DNA from: Candidatus Iainarchaeum sp.
GTDB taxonomy: Archaea; Iainarchaeota; Iainarchaeia; Iainarchaeales; Iainarchaeaceae
Assembly (NCBI GenBank): GCA_038895675.1
Contig: JAWANB010000020.1
Coordinates: 1-16,081, forward strand
Direction of reading: 5' to 3'
Length of the DNA stretch: 16,081 bases
The notes beneath the pieces were generated by a model. The model was not told where the DNA came from, made no database searches, and saw nothing but the letters and a program-made list of their open reading frames with translations. Below are positions 1 through 6,138 of this stretch, one piece after another. Positions within the stretch are counted from its first letter, which is position 1. Each line of letters opens with the position of its first letter. Position numbers and translations under genes: made by a program.

Positions 1-57
1 AACCCCTTTCTTTCCATTAAACACATTTCTCCCCTTGACAAAAAGAAAAAAAAACCG

Positions 58-257
58 CCACCTTTCTTTTCCGTTAACGCTTTTCTTTCCTTGGTGAAAA
101 TAAAGAACAACCACCTTTCTTTCCATTAACCATTTTCTTTCCTTGGTGAAAATAAAGAACAACCACCTTTCTTTTCCGTTAACGCTTTTCTTTCCTTGGT
201 GAAAATAAAGAACAACCACCTTTCTTTTCCGTTAACGCTTTTCTTTCCTTGGTGAAA
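58..257. repeat. Tandem array of a 53-bp unit (CCACCTTTCTTTTCCGTTAACGCTTTTCTTTCCTTGGTGAAAATAAAGAACAA): units 58-110, 111-162 (52-bp variant), 163-215, 216-257 (partial); degenerate copy at about 3-57
   Basis: Read directly. Units 1 and 3 are identical and unit 4 is identical over its 42 bp. Unit 2 lacks one T and has ATTAACCAT in place of GTTAACGCT. Positions 3-20 (CCCCTTTCTTTCCATTAA) resemble the unit-2 variant. There are no unique spacers. Confidence 0.95.
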
Positions 258-273
258 GGAAAGAAAAGGGTTA
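233..273. repeat. Inverted repeat/hairpin closing the tandem array
   Basis: CTTTTCTTTCCTT (238-250) is the exact reverse complement of AAGGAAAGAAAAG (256-268), with loop GGTGA. After a G/G mismatch it extends by TAAC (233-236)/GTTA (270-273). Confidence 0.9.
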
Positions 274-280
274 TTTCAGT

Positions 281-320
281 TATATTTTTAAATACTCCTA
301 AAATTAAGGTTATAAGTTTG
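281..320 (+). promoter_or_regulatory. Candidate archaeal promoter (TATA-box-like) for the r-protein operon
   Basis: TTTAAATA at 287-294 fits the archaeal TATA consensus, with a second candidate TTATAAGT at 310-317. No convincing BRE. The region is very AT-rich, so chance matches and minus-strand orientation are possible. Confidence 0.35.
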
Positions 321-345
321 AAAGTTAAGTGTTTTCTTTTTGGTC

Positions 346-379
346 AAGCTTTTTCTTTTCTTTAGAAAAGAAAAAGGTT
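346..379. repeat. Inverted repeat/hairpin in the upstream region
   Basis: CTTTTTCTTTTC (349-360) pairs perfectly with GAAAAGAAAAAG (365-376), loop TTTA. Extends AA/TT past a G/G mismatch. Confidence 0.85.
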
Positions 380-380
380 T

Positions 381-495
381 GGTGTACACTGTATCCAAAG
401 TAATCTTCTTTGGATATAAATGCACAAAACGCCTATTTTTTGGGTTTTTTGGCATTTGCCTTTTGTGAGCAAGGCTTGTACACTTTGTATACAAA
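381..495 (+). promoter_or_regulatory. Candidate structured 5' leader RNA of the uL3 operon
   Basis: Nested complementarity found by eye: GTGTACA 382-388/TGTACAC 477-483; TATCCAAAG 392-400/CTTTGGATA 408-416; CACAAAA 423-429/TTTTGTG 461-467 enclosing two mini-hairpins; palindrome TTTGTATACAAA 484-495. Function is inferred from position only. Confidence 0.4.
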
Positions 496-510
496 AAGTT
501 GGTTGTAAGG

Positions 511-1530
511 ATGGGTGCTGGTAAGCCACGTTCTGGTAGTTTGGGTTATTATCCGAGAGTTAGGGCAGCTAAGCATCTGCCGAATTTTAGTACTTTTCCT
601 AATATAGAGGGAAAAGTTTTGCCTTTGAATTTTGTTGGTTATAAGTCTGCTATGATTAGTGTTTTTGCTAAAAATGCTAGGGAAAAAAGCCATCGTTTTG
701 GTTTAGAGACTATGGTTCCTTCTACTGTTATTGAGTGTCCGCCTGTAAAGGTCGTTGGTGTTAGGGTTTATGGTAAAGGCGAGTATGGTTTGAAAGTTCT
801 TGGTGAGGCATGGATTGAAAAGCCTGACAAGTTTTTGAGGAAGAAAATCAAGGCTTTTAAGCAAAAGGGCAAGAAGGCTAAAAAGGACAAAGTTTATTTG
901 AGTGTTTCTGATTTGGAGAAGTTTTTAGGTGAAGCTTTTAAAGTTGTTTTGTTGTGTCAAACTCAGCCTAATTTGACTGGTATTGGTAAGAAAAAGTCTG
1001 ATGTTTTTGAAATGAATGTTTCGGGTAGTGTTGAGCAACAATTTGGTTTTGCTAAAGAAAGGTTTGGAAAGGAAATAAGGGTTTCTGATGTTTTTGGGGT
1101 TTCTGAGCTTGTTGATGTTAGGGCTGTTAATAAAGGTAAGGGTTTTCAAGGGGTTGTAAAGAGGTTTGGGGTTAAGGTTCATAGGCCTAAGTCAAAAACA
1201 AGGAGAATTGTTGGAAGTATTGGTCCTTGGCATCCGCCTGTTGTGATGTGGACTGTGCCTAGAGCTGGTCAAATGGGTTATCATACTAGAACTGAATACA
1301 ATAAGAGGGTGCTTGCTATTGATTCTAAAGTTGATTTGGTTAATCCTGTTTCTGGTTTTGTGAATTATGGTAAAATAAAGTCGGATTTTGTTGTTCTTGC
1401 TGGTTCTATTCCTGGTTCTTTAAAAAGACCTATTGCGTTGAGACATGCTATTAGGGTTCATGATCCTAACATTAGTAAGTTTGTTGATGTAAAGTTGCCT
1501 GGACAATTAAAGGCAGGTGCTAAAGCATGA
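511..1530 (+). CDS. rpl3: 50S ribosomal protein uL3 (archaeal L3P)
   Basis: N-terminal KPRSGSLGYYPRVRA, GYKSAM, KGKGFQGVVKRFG, GSIGPWHP, TVPRAGQMGYHTRTEYNKR motifs. ATG at 511 preferred over TTG at 499 because it matches the usual archaeal N-terminus. Confidence 0.97.
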   Translation: MGAGKPRSGSLGYYPRVRAAKHLPNFSTFPNIEGKVLPLNFVGYKSAMISVFAKNAREKSHRFGLETMVPSTVIECPPVKVVGVRVYGKGEYGLKVLGEAWIEKPDKFLRKKIKAFKQKGKKAKKDKVYLSVSDLEKFLGEAFKVVLLCQTQPNLTGIGKKKSDVFEMNVSGSVEQQFGFAKERFGKEIRVSDVFGVSELVDVRAVNKGKGFQGVVKRFGVKVHRPKSKTRRIVGSIGPWHPPVVMWTVPRAGQMGYHTRTEYNKRVLAIDSKVDLVNPVSGFVNYGKIKSDFVVLAGSIPGSLKRPIALRHAIRVHDPNISKFVDVKLPGQLKAGAKA

Positions 1531-2330
1531 GAGCTAATGTTTTGTCTTTGGATGGTAAAGTTGTTTCGGAAATAGACTTGCCGAAGTTTTTTGAGTGTGA
1601 GGTTGATAATGTTTTGATACGAAGGGCTGTGCAGTCTTTGCTTACTTCTCAAGTCCAGACTAAGTATCCTTATGTTTATGCTGGGCGATACAATACTGCT
1701 GCTTATGTTGGTGCAAGGCACAAGCCTGCAATGTATAGGTCAATAAATATTGAAAGAGCACGAAAGCCTAAGTTAAAGAATAGGCGAGGCTTGGCTTCTG
1801 GAAAGGTTGCAGGGATACCTGCTGTTGTTAAAGGTCCTAAGGCTCATCCGCCTAAGAAAGAAAAAATTTGGGCTGAGAAAATTAATAAGAAGGAAAAGAG
1901 AATGGCTATAATGTCTTCAATAGCGGCTACTGTTGATCCGAAGCTTGTCAAGGCAAGAGGTCACTTTTTGCCTGATAACTTAAGTTTGCCTATAGTGTTT
2001 GAGTCTAAACTTGAAAACTTGTCTAAAACAAAAGAAGTTTTAAAGGCTTTTGAAGCAATAGGCATTGAAAAAGACATTGAGAGGGTAAAGAGAAAAAAGT
2101 CTATTAGAGCAGGAAAAGGAAAGAAAAGGGGAAGAAAATATAAAGAAAGAAAAAGCTTGTTAGTGGTTGTTGAGAAGGATGTTCCTTTGATAAAGGCTGT
2201 TAGGAATCTTGAAGGTGTTGATGTTGTTAGGGTTTCGCAATTAAATGTTTCTTTGCTTGCTCCTGGTGCTTTGCCAGGTAGGCTTGTTGTTTGGACTGAA
2301 GGGGCAATAAAGGCTCTTGAAAACAAGTGA
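1527..2330 (+). CDS. rpl4: 50S ribosomal protein uL4 (archaeal L4P)
   Basis: KGPKAHPPK, KINKKEKRMAI, RAGKGKKRGRKY, NLEGVDV, LAPGALPGRL motifs. ATGA overlap with the uL3 stop. Confidence 0.97.
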   Translation: MRANVLSLDGKVVSEIDLPKFFECEVDNVLIRRAVQSLLTSQVQTKYPYVYAGRYNTAAYVGARHKPAMYRSINIERARKPKLKNRRGLASGKVAGIPAVVKGPKAHPPKKEKIWAEKINKKEKRMAIMSSIAATVDPKLVKARGHFLPDNLSLPIVFESKLENLSKTKEVLKAFEAIGIEKDIERVKRKKSIRAGKGKKRGRKYKERKSLLVVVEKDVPLIKAVRNLEGVDVVRVSQLNVSLLAPGALPGRLVVWTEGAIKALENK

Positions 2331-2341
2331 TAGGGGTTTTT

Positions 2342-2740
2342 ATGGTAGAAAAAGAAAAAAAGCCAACGGAAAAGAAAAAGTCAACAAAAAATAAGGTTGA
2401 AAATAATGAAAAAGCCGAAAAGTTAGAGGTTAATGTGGAAAAAAAGCAAGTTCAAAGCAAGGAAGAGATAGAGGCTTCTATGAAGGGCCTTGAAATAATA
2501 AAGTATCCTTTGATTACTGAAAAGGCAGTTGGTTTTATAGAGTCTGAAAACAAATTAACTTTCATAGTGCATAGTAATGCTGATAAAAAATCTGTTAAGG
2601 AGGCAGTTGAAAGGGTTTACAATGTGAAAGTAAACAAGGTTAATATTGTGAATGACATGAAAGCAAGGAAAAAAGCTATTGTTACGCTTGACAAAAAATT
2701 TAAGGCAGGAGACATTGCTACAAAACTGGGTGTTGTGTAA
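2342..2740 (+). CDS. rpl23: 50S ribosomal protein uL23, with possible charged N-terminal extension
   Basis: IIKYPLITEKA, ENKLTFIV, KKAIVTL, DIATKLGV. The start is ambiguous: GTG 2327, ATG 2342 (after AGGGGT) or ATG 2480 (after GAGG; gives a canonical 86 aa). Confidence 0.93.
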   Translation: MVEKEKKPTEKKKSTKNKVENNEKAEKLEVNVEKKQVQSKEEIEASMKGLEIIKYPLITEKAVGFIESENKLTFIVHSNADKKSVKEAVERVYNVKVNKVNIVNDMKARKKAIVTLDKKFKAGDIATKLGVV

Positions 2741-3468
2741 TGCCGAAGAGACTTAAAACACAAGCAAGAGGTAAAGGAGGTCCAATCTGGTTAGCTACTA
2801 AAAATGGCGTAGCAGTATCAAGATATGCTAACTTTGACCCTATGTCAAAAGAAGTCTTGCAAGGTGAAGTAGTTGATTTGTTGAATGACCCTGCGAGAAC
2901 TTCTGTTTTGGCGAAGATATTGCTTGACAATGGGACAGAAGAATTTATTGTAGCTGCTGAAGGTTTGATGGTTGGCCAAAAGATAGAGCATGGAGCAAAC
3001 GCAAAGGTCGAGATTGGTAATGTAAAAACCTTGGGAAGTTGTCCTGAAGGATGTCCTGTTTTTAATATAGAAAAGCACCCTGGAGATGGTGGCAGCTTAG
3101 TAAGGTCGTCAGGTGGTTATGCCTTGATACTTTCGAAAGACGAAAAAACTGGAAGAGTTTTTGTTAAAATGCCTTCTGGAAAAATCAAAGAATTTGAGCC
3201 TAACGTTAGAGCAACCATAGGTCTTGCTGGTGCAGGCGGAAGAAAAGACAAGCCTTTAGTTAAGGCAGGGAAAAATTATCATGCAAAGCATGCAAAGCAC
3301 AAAAAGTATCCAATAGTTAGAGCAATTGCTAAGAATGCTAAAGACCATCCTTTTGGAGGTGGCAATCATCACCCTGGAAAATCAAAGTCAACTTCAAGGT
3401 GGGCTCCGCCTGGTAGAAAAGTTGGTGATATAGCGTCAAGTAGAACAGGAAGGAGAAAAAAGAATTAA
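2740..3468 (+). CDS. rpl2: 50S ribosomal protein uL2
   Basis: QARGKG, DPARTS, NIEKHPGDGGSLVRSSG, MPSG, KAGKNYH, DHPFGGG, APPGRKVG..ASSRTG motifs. Confidence 0.97.
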   Translation: MPKRLKTQARGKGGPIWLATKNGVAVSRYANFDPMSKEVLQGEVVDLLNDPARTSVLAKILLDNGTEEFIVAAEGLMVGQKIEHGANAKVEIGNVKTLGSCPEGCPVFNIEKHPGDGGSLVRSSGGYALILSKDEKTGRVFVKMPSGKIKEFEPNVRATIGLAGAGGRKDKPLVKAGKNYHAKHAKHKKYPIVRAIAKNAKDHPFGGGNHHPGKSKSTSRWAPPGRKVGDIASSRTGRRKKN

Positions 3469-3477
3469 GGTGAGTTA

Positions 3478-3888
3478 ATGGCAAGAAAAGAGTTTAGGTA
3501 TAGAGGAAAAACACTGGAAGAATTGAGTAAAATGACTTTAGACGAGTTTGCAAAGTATGCTAATTCGAGAGCAAAAAGGACTATAACAAGACAAAAAAAA
3601 CAATATGAGCACTTGCTAAAAAAAATAAAAAAATATCAAGAAGCAAAAAAAAGCAACAAACAACCAAAGCCGATAAGGACACATTGGAGAGATTTAATAA
3701 TAATACCACAAATGCTCGGATGCACTTTTGCAATATACAATGGAAAAGAGTTCAGTAATATTGAAATTAAACCTGAAATGTTAGGCCATTTCCTTGGTGA
3801 ATTTGCTTTGACTAGAAAGAAGTTAGTGCATGGAAAAGCAGGAATAGGAGCGACGAGAAGCTCAACTGCAATAGCGGCGAGGAAGTGA
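3478..3888 (+). CDS. rps19: 30S ribosomal protein uS19
   Basis: FRYRGKTLEEL, IRTHWRD, YNGKEF, EMLGHFLGEFALTRK, HGKAGIGATRSS. SD-like AGGTGA upstream. Confidence 0.97.
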   Translation: MARKEFRYRGKTLEELSKMTLDEFAKYANSRAKRTITRQKKQYEHLLKKIKKYQEAKKSNKQPKPIRTHWRDLIIIPQMLGCTFAIYNGKEFSNIEIKPEMLGHFLGEFALTRKKLVHGKAGIGATRSSTAIAARK

Positions 3889-3890
3889 AT

Positions 3891-4361
3891 ATGGTAAAAA
3901 AGAAAATTCAAAACAAAGCAATTGCCACAAAAAAGTCAGCTGTTGCTGTGCTAAAGAACAAACCAGTTTCGTTAAAATACGTATTAGAAATAATTAGAAC
4001 AGTTAAAGGGAAGAGAGTTGACAAAGCAATAGCGTTTTTGAATAGAGTAATTTCTTTAGAAGAACACTTGCCGTTAAGAGTCTATAATAAAAAAGTCCCG
4101 CATAGGAAAGGTGAAGCAAAGAGCTATGTAAAATCAGGTAGATACCCAGTAAGAGCTGCAAAGGCTTTTATTGAATTGTTAGAATTGGCAAAGGCTAATG
4201 CCAACAATAAGGGCCTTGATGCTGACAACTTGATTATAGTTCATGCTTTTGCATCGCAGGGTTTTAGAAGGATAGCTTATCAACCAATGGGAAGAATAGC
4301 TGGCAAAAGAAGAAAGAGAAAGTCTTGCCACATGGAAGTTGTTGTAAAGGAGGCGAAATGA
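3891..4361 (+). CDS. rpl22: 50S ribosomal protein uL22
   Basis: VPHRKG, GRYPVRAAK, ANANNKGLD, C-terminal HMEVVV; conserved position between uS19 and uS3. ATG 3891 (alternative GTG 3885). Confidence 0.95.
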   Translation: MVKKKIQNKAIATKKSAVAVLKNKPVSLKYVLEIIRTVKGKRVDKAIAFLNRVISLEEHLPLRVYNKKVPHRKGEAKSYVKSGRYPVRAAKAFIELLELAKANANNKGLDADNLIIVHAFASQGFRRIAYQPMGRIAGKRRKRKSCHMEVVVKEAK

Positions 4362-4362
4362 T

Positions 4363-5070
4363 TTGATAGAAAAGTCTTTTGTAGCACAAGGGTTAAAAAA
4401 ACTTGAGCTTGACGACTTTTTAGCTAAAGAACTTGACAAAGCAGGTTTCACTGGGACGGAAATAATGAAAACGCCTTTAGTGACAAGGATAATAGTTAAT
4501 GTTACAAAACCTGGTTTGGCTATTGGAAAAAGTGGAAGCAATATTTCACAATTGACAGAACAAATAGGAAAAAAGTTCGGAATAGACAATCCACAACTTG
4601 AAATAAGAGAAATACCAAAGCAAGAGTTGCACGCGCAAGCTATTGCGAATAAAATCAAAGCTATGATTGAAAAAGGCTTTTCGTGGAGAAGTGTAGTATT
4701 CAAAAGTTTGCAAGACGCAAAGAAAGCTGGAGCACAAGGGGTAGAAATAATAGTTAGTGGAAAAATAACAGGTAAGGCTGGAAGAAAAAAGAGAATGAGG
4801 TTTGCAGATGGTTACATGAAAAAAATAGGAGAACAAGCAAGATTAGTTGATTATGGAGCCGCCAGCGCTTATCCAAAAGTCGGGGCGATAGGCATAAAAG
4901 TAAGGATAGTGAGACCTGAAACAAAATTCCCAGATAAACTCAAAATACAAGACTATATAAAAGAAAAAGAAATGCAAAATGAAAAAAAGGAAGAAAAAGA
5001 ACCAAAGCAAGAGATCCAAGAAACGGAAAAAACAGAGCAAAAAGAAAACGAGGTGCAAGGCAATGCCTAA
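4363..5070 (+). CDS. rps3: 30S ribosomal protein uS3 (TTG start)
   Basis: KH domain KPGLAIGKSGSNI, GAQGVEIIVSGK, GYMKKIG, GIKVRI. SD-like GGAGG at 4349-4353. E/K/Q-rich C-terminal tail. Confidence 0.96.
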   Translation: MIEKSFVAQGLKKLELDDFLAKELDKAGFTGTEIMKTPLVTRIIVNVTKPGLAIGKSGSNISQLTEQIGKKFGIDNPQLEIREIPKQELHAQAIANKIKAMIEKGFSWRSVVFKSLQDAKKAGAQGVEIIVSGKITGKAGRKKRMRFADGYMKKIGEQARLVDYGAASAYPKVGAIGIKVRIVRPETKFPDKLKIQDYIKEKEMQNEKKEEKEPKQEIQETEKTEQKENEVQGNA

Positions 5071-5278
5071 TAAAAAACTTTTGCCTTTAAGAGACAAGTC
5101 AATAGAAGAACTTGAAGCAGAAATAGTTCAGTTGAGAACAGAATTAGGTAAAGAAAAAGCAAGCATAGCTCATGGAACAAGAGCTGAAAAACCTGCAAAA
5201 ATAAAAAATATTAGAAGAAGAATTGCACGGATATTGACAATAATTTCAGAAAAAAACAAAGGGGTGAAAGTAAAGTAA
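5063..5278 (+). CDS. rpl29: 50S ribosomal protein uL29
   Basis: LRDKSIEEL...LRTEL...IKNIRRRIARILTII. ATG 5063 follows SD-like GAGGTG (5050-5055) and gives 71 aa. The ORF-track start at 4979 lies inside uS3. Confidence 0.94.
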   Translation: MPNKKLLPLRDKSIEELEAEIVQLRTELGKEKASIAHGTRAEKPAKIKNIRRRIARILTIISEKNKGVKVK

Positions 5279-5580
5279 TGGTAGAAATAGACAAGATAAC
5301 AGGCTTACCGAAAGACTTACTGGACTTCGGCGAAATAAAAAAAGAAACACAAAAAATAAAAGTTAGGGAAGTTCAAAGAAGGTTCGGGAAGTTCGTCACA
5401 GTAATTAGCGGTCTTGAAGACGAACAGGAAGTCAAAAGACTTGAAAAGGAAATGAAACAAAAGTTGGCTTGTGGAGGAACACACAAAGGAAACGAAATAG
5501 TATTGCAAGGAAGGCACCTTGCAAAAGTAAAAGAAATATTGTTGAAGAATGGATACAAAGGAGAGTTAATAGATGCTTAA
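5278..5580 (+). CDS. Translation initiation factor aIF1 (SUI1 family)
   Basis: RRFGKFVTVISGL, KQKLACGGTHKGNEIVLQGRH; conserved archaeal position after uL29. Confidence 0.94.
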   Translation: MVEIDKITGLPKDLLDFGEIKKETQKIKVREVQRRFGKFVTVISGLEDEQEVKRLEKEMKQKLACGGTHKGNEIVLQGRHLAKVKEILLKNGYKGELIDA

Positions 5581-5851
5581 AGGAGAAAATTGGACAATAA
5601 CAAAAGAAAATATTATGATGCATGAAATGATAGGGTTAAAAGTAAGAATAAGGTCTCCAAACATGCAAAAAAAAATAGTTGGAAAAGTAGTGGACGAAAC
5701 AAAAAACATGTTTATTGTAGAGATAAAAAATAGGGAGATAAAAGTTCCAAAACAAAAAGGCATATTTGAATTTTTTTTAGGTGACGAAATAGCAAAAGTG
5801 GAAGGAGACAAAATAAGGTATTTGCCAGAACAAAGAGTAAAGCGCTGTTAG
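5573..5851 (+). CDS. rnp1: Ribonuclease P protein component 1 (Rpp29/Pop4 family)
   Basis: NIMMHEMIGLKVRI, GKVVDETKNM, VPK, PEQRVK motifs; conserved position between SUI1 and uS17. Confidence 0.93.
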   Translation: MLKGENWTITKENIMMHEMIGLKVRIRSPNMQKKIVGKVVDETKNMFIVEIKNREIKVPKQKGIFEFFLGDEIAKVEGDKIRYLPEQRVKRC

Positions 5852-5859
5852 GTGATTGA

Positions 5860-6138
5860 ATGGATAAAAAAAACACAAAAATTTCGGTGAGAGGAGCTTT
5901 GCTAGAAGGAAAAGTAGTTAGCACTAAAATGGCCAAGACAGCAATAGTTGAAATAAAGTCAGTTAGGTACGTGCCAAAGTATGAGAGGTATGAAAAAGTA
6001 AGGTCAAAAATAAAAGCACACAACCCTGAAAACATTGCAGCAAAAGAAGGAGACATAGTAAAAATAGGTGAAACCAGAAAATTGAGCAAAACAAAGAGTT
6101 TCATAATTATGGAAGTGATTAAGAGGGATTCAAAATGA
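5860..6138 (+). CDS. rps17: 30S ribosomal protein uS17
   Basis: SVRG..LEGKVVSTKMAKT, VPKYERYEK.RSKIKAHNP, GD.V.IGETRKLSKTKSF. SD-like AGGTGA upstream. Confidence 0.96.
   Translation: MDKKNTKISVRGALLEGKVVSTKMAKTAIVEIKSVRYVPKYERYEKVRSKIKAHNPENIAAKEGDIVKIGETRKLSKTKSFIIMEVIKRDSK

Noticed and set aside
58..257. CRISPR array
   Set aside because: The units are head-to-tail copies with no unique spacers, and no cas genes are in the window.
381..484. tRNA, 5S rRNA or SRP RNA as the identity of the folded leader
   Set aside because: No T-loop (TTCRA), D-loop or anticodon arm geometry, no 5S or SRP signature motifs, and too AT-rich.
288..494. 68-aa minus-strand ORF in the upstream region
   Set aside because: Low-complexity K/F-rich translation produced by T/A runs and hairpins, with no recognisable motif. 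Cannot be fully excluded but is unsupported.
4979..5062. Long basic N-terminal extension of uL29 in the ORF track
   Set aside because: It lies within the uS3 C-terminal coding region. ATG 5063 has a good SD-like motif and gives a normal-length uL29.
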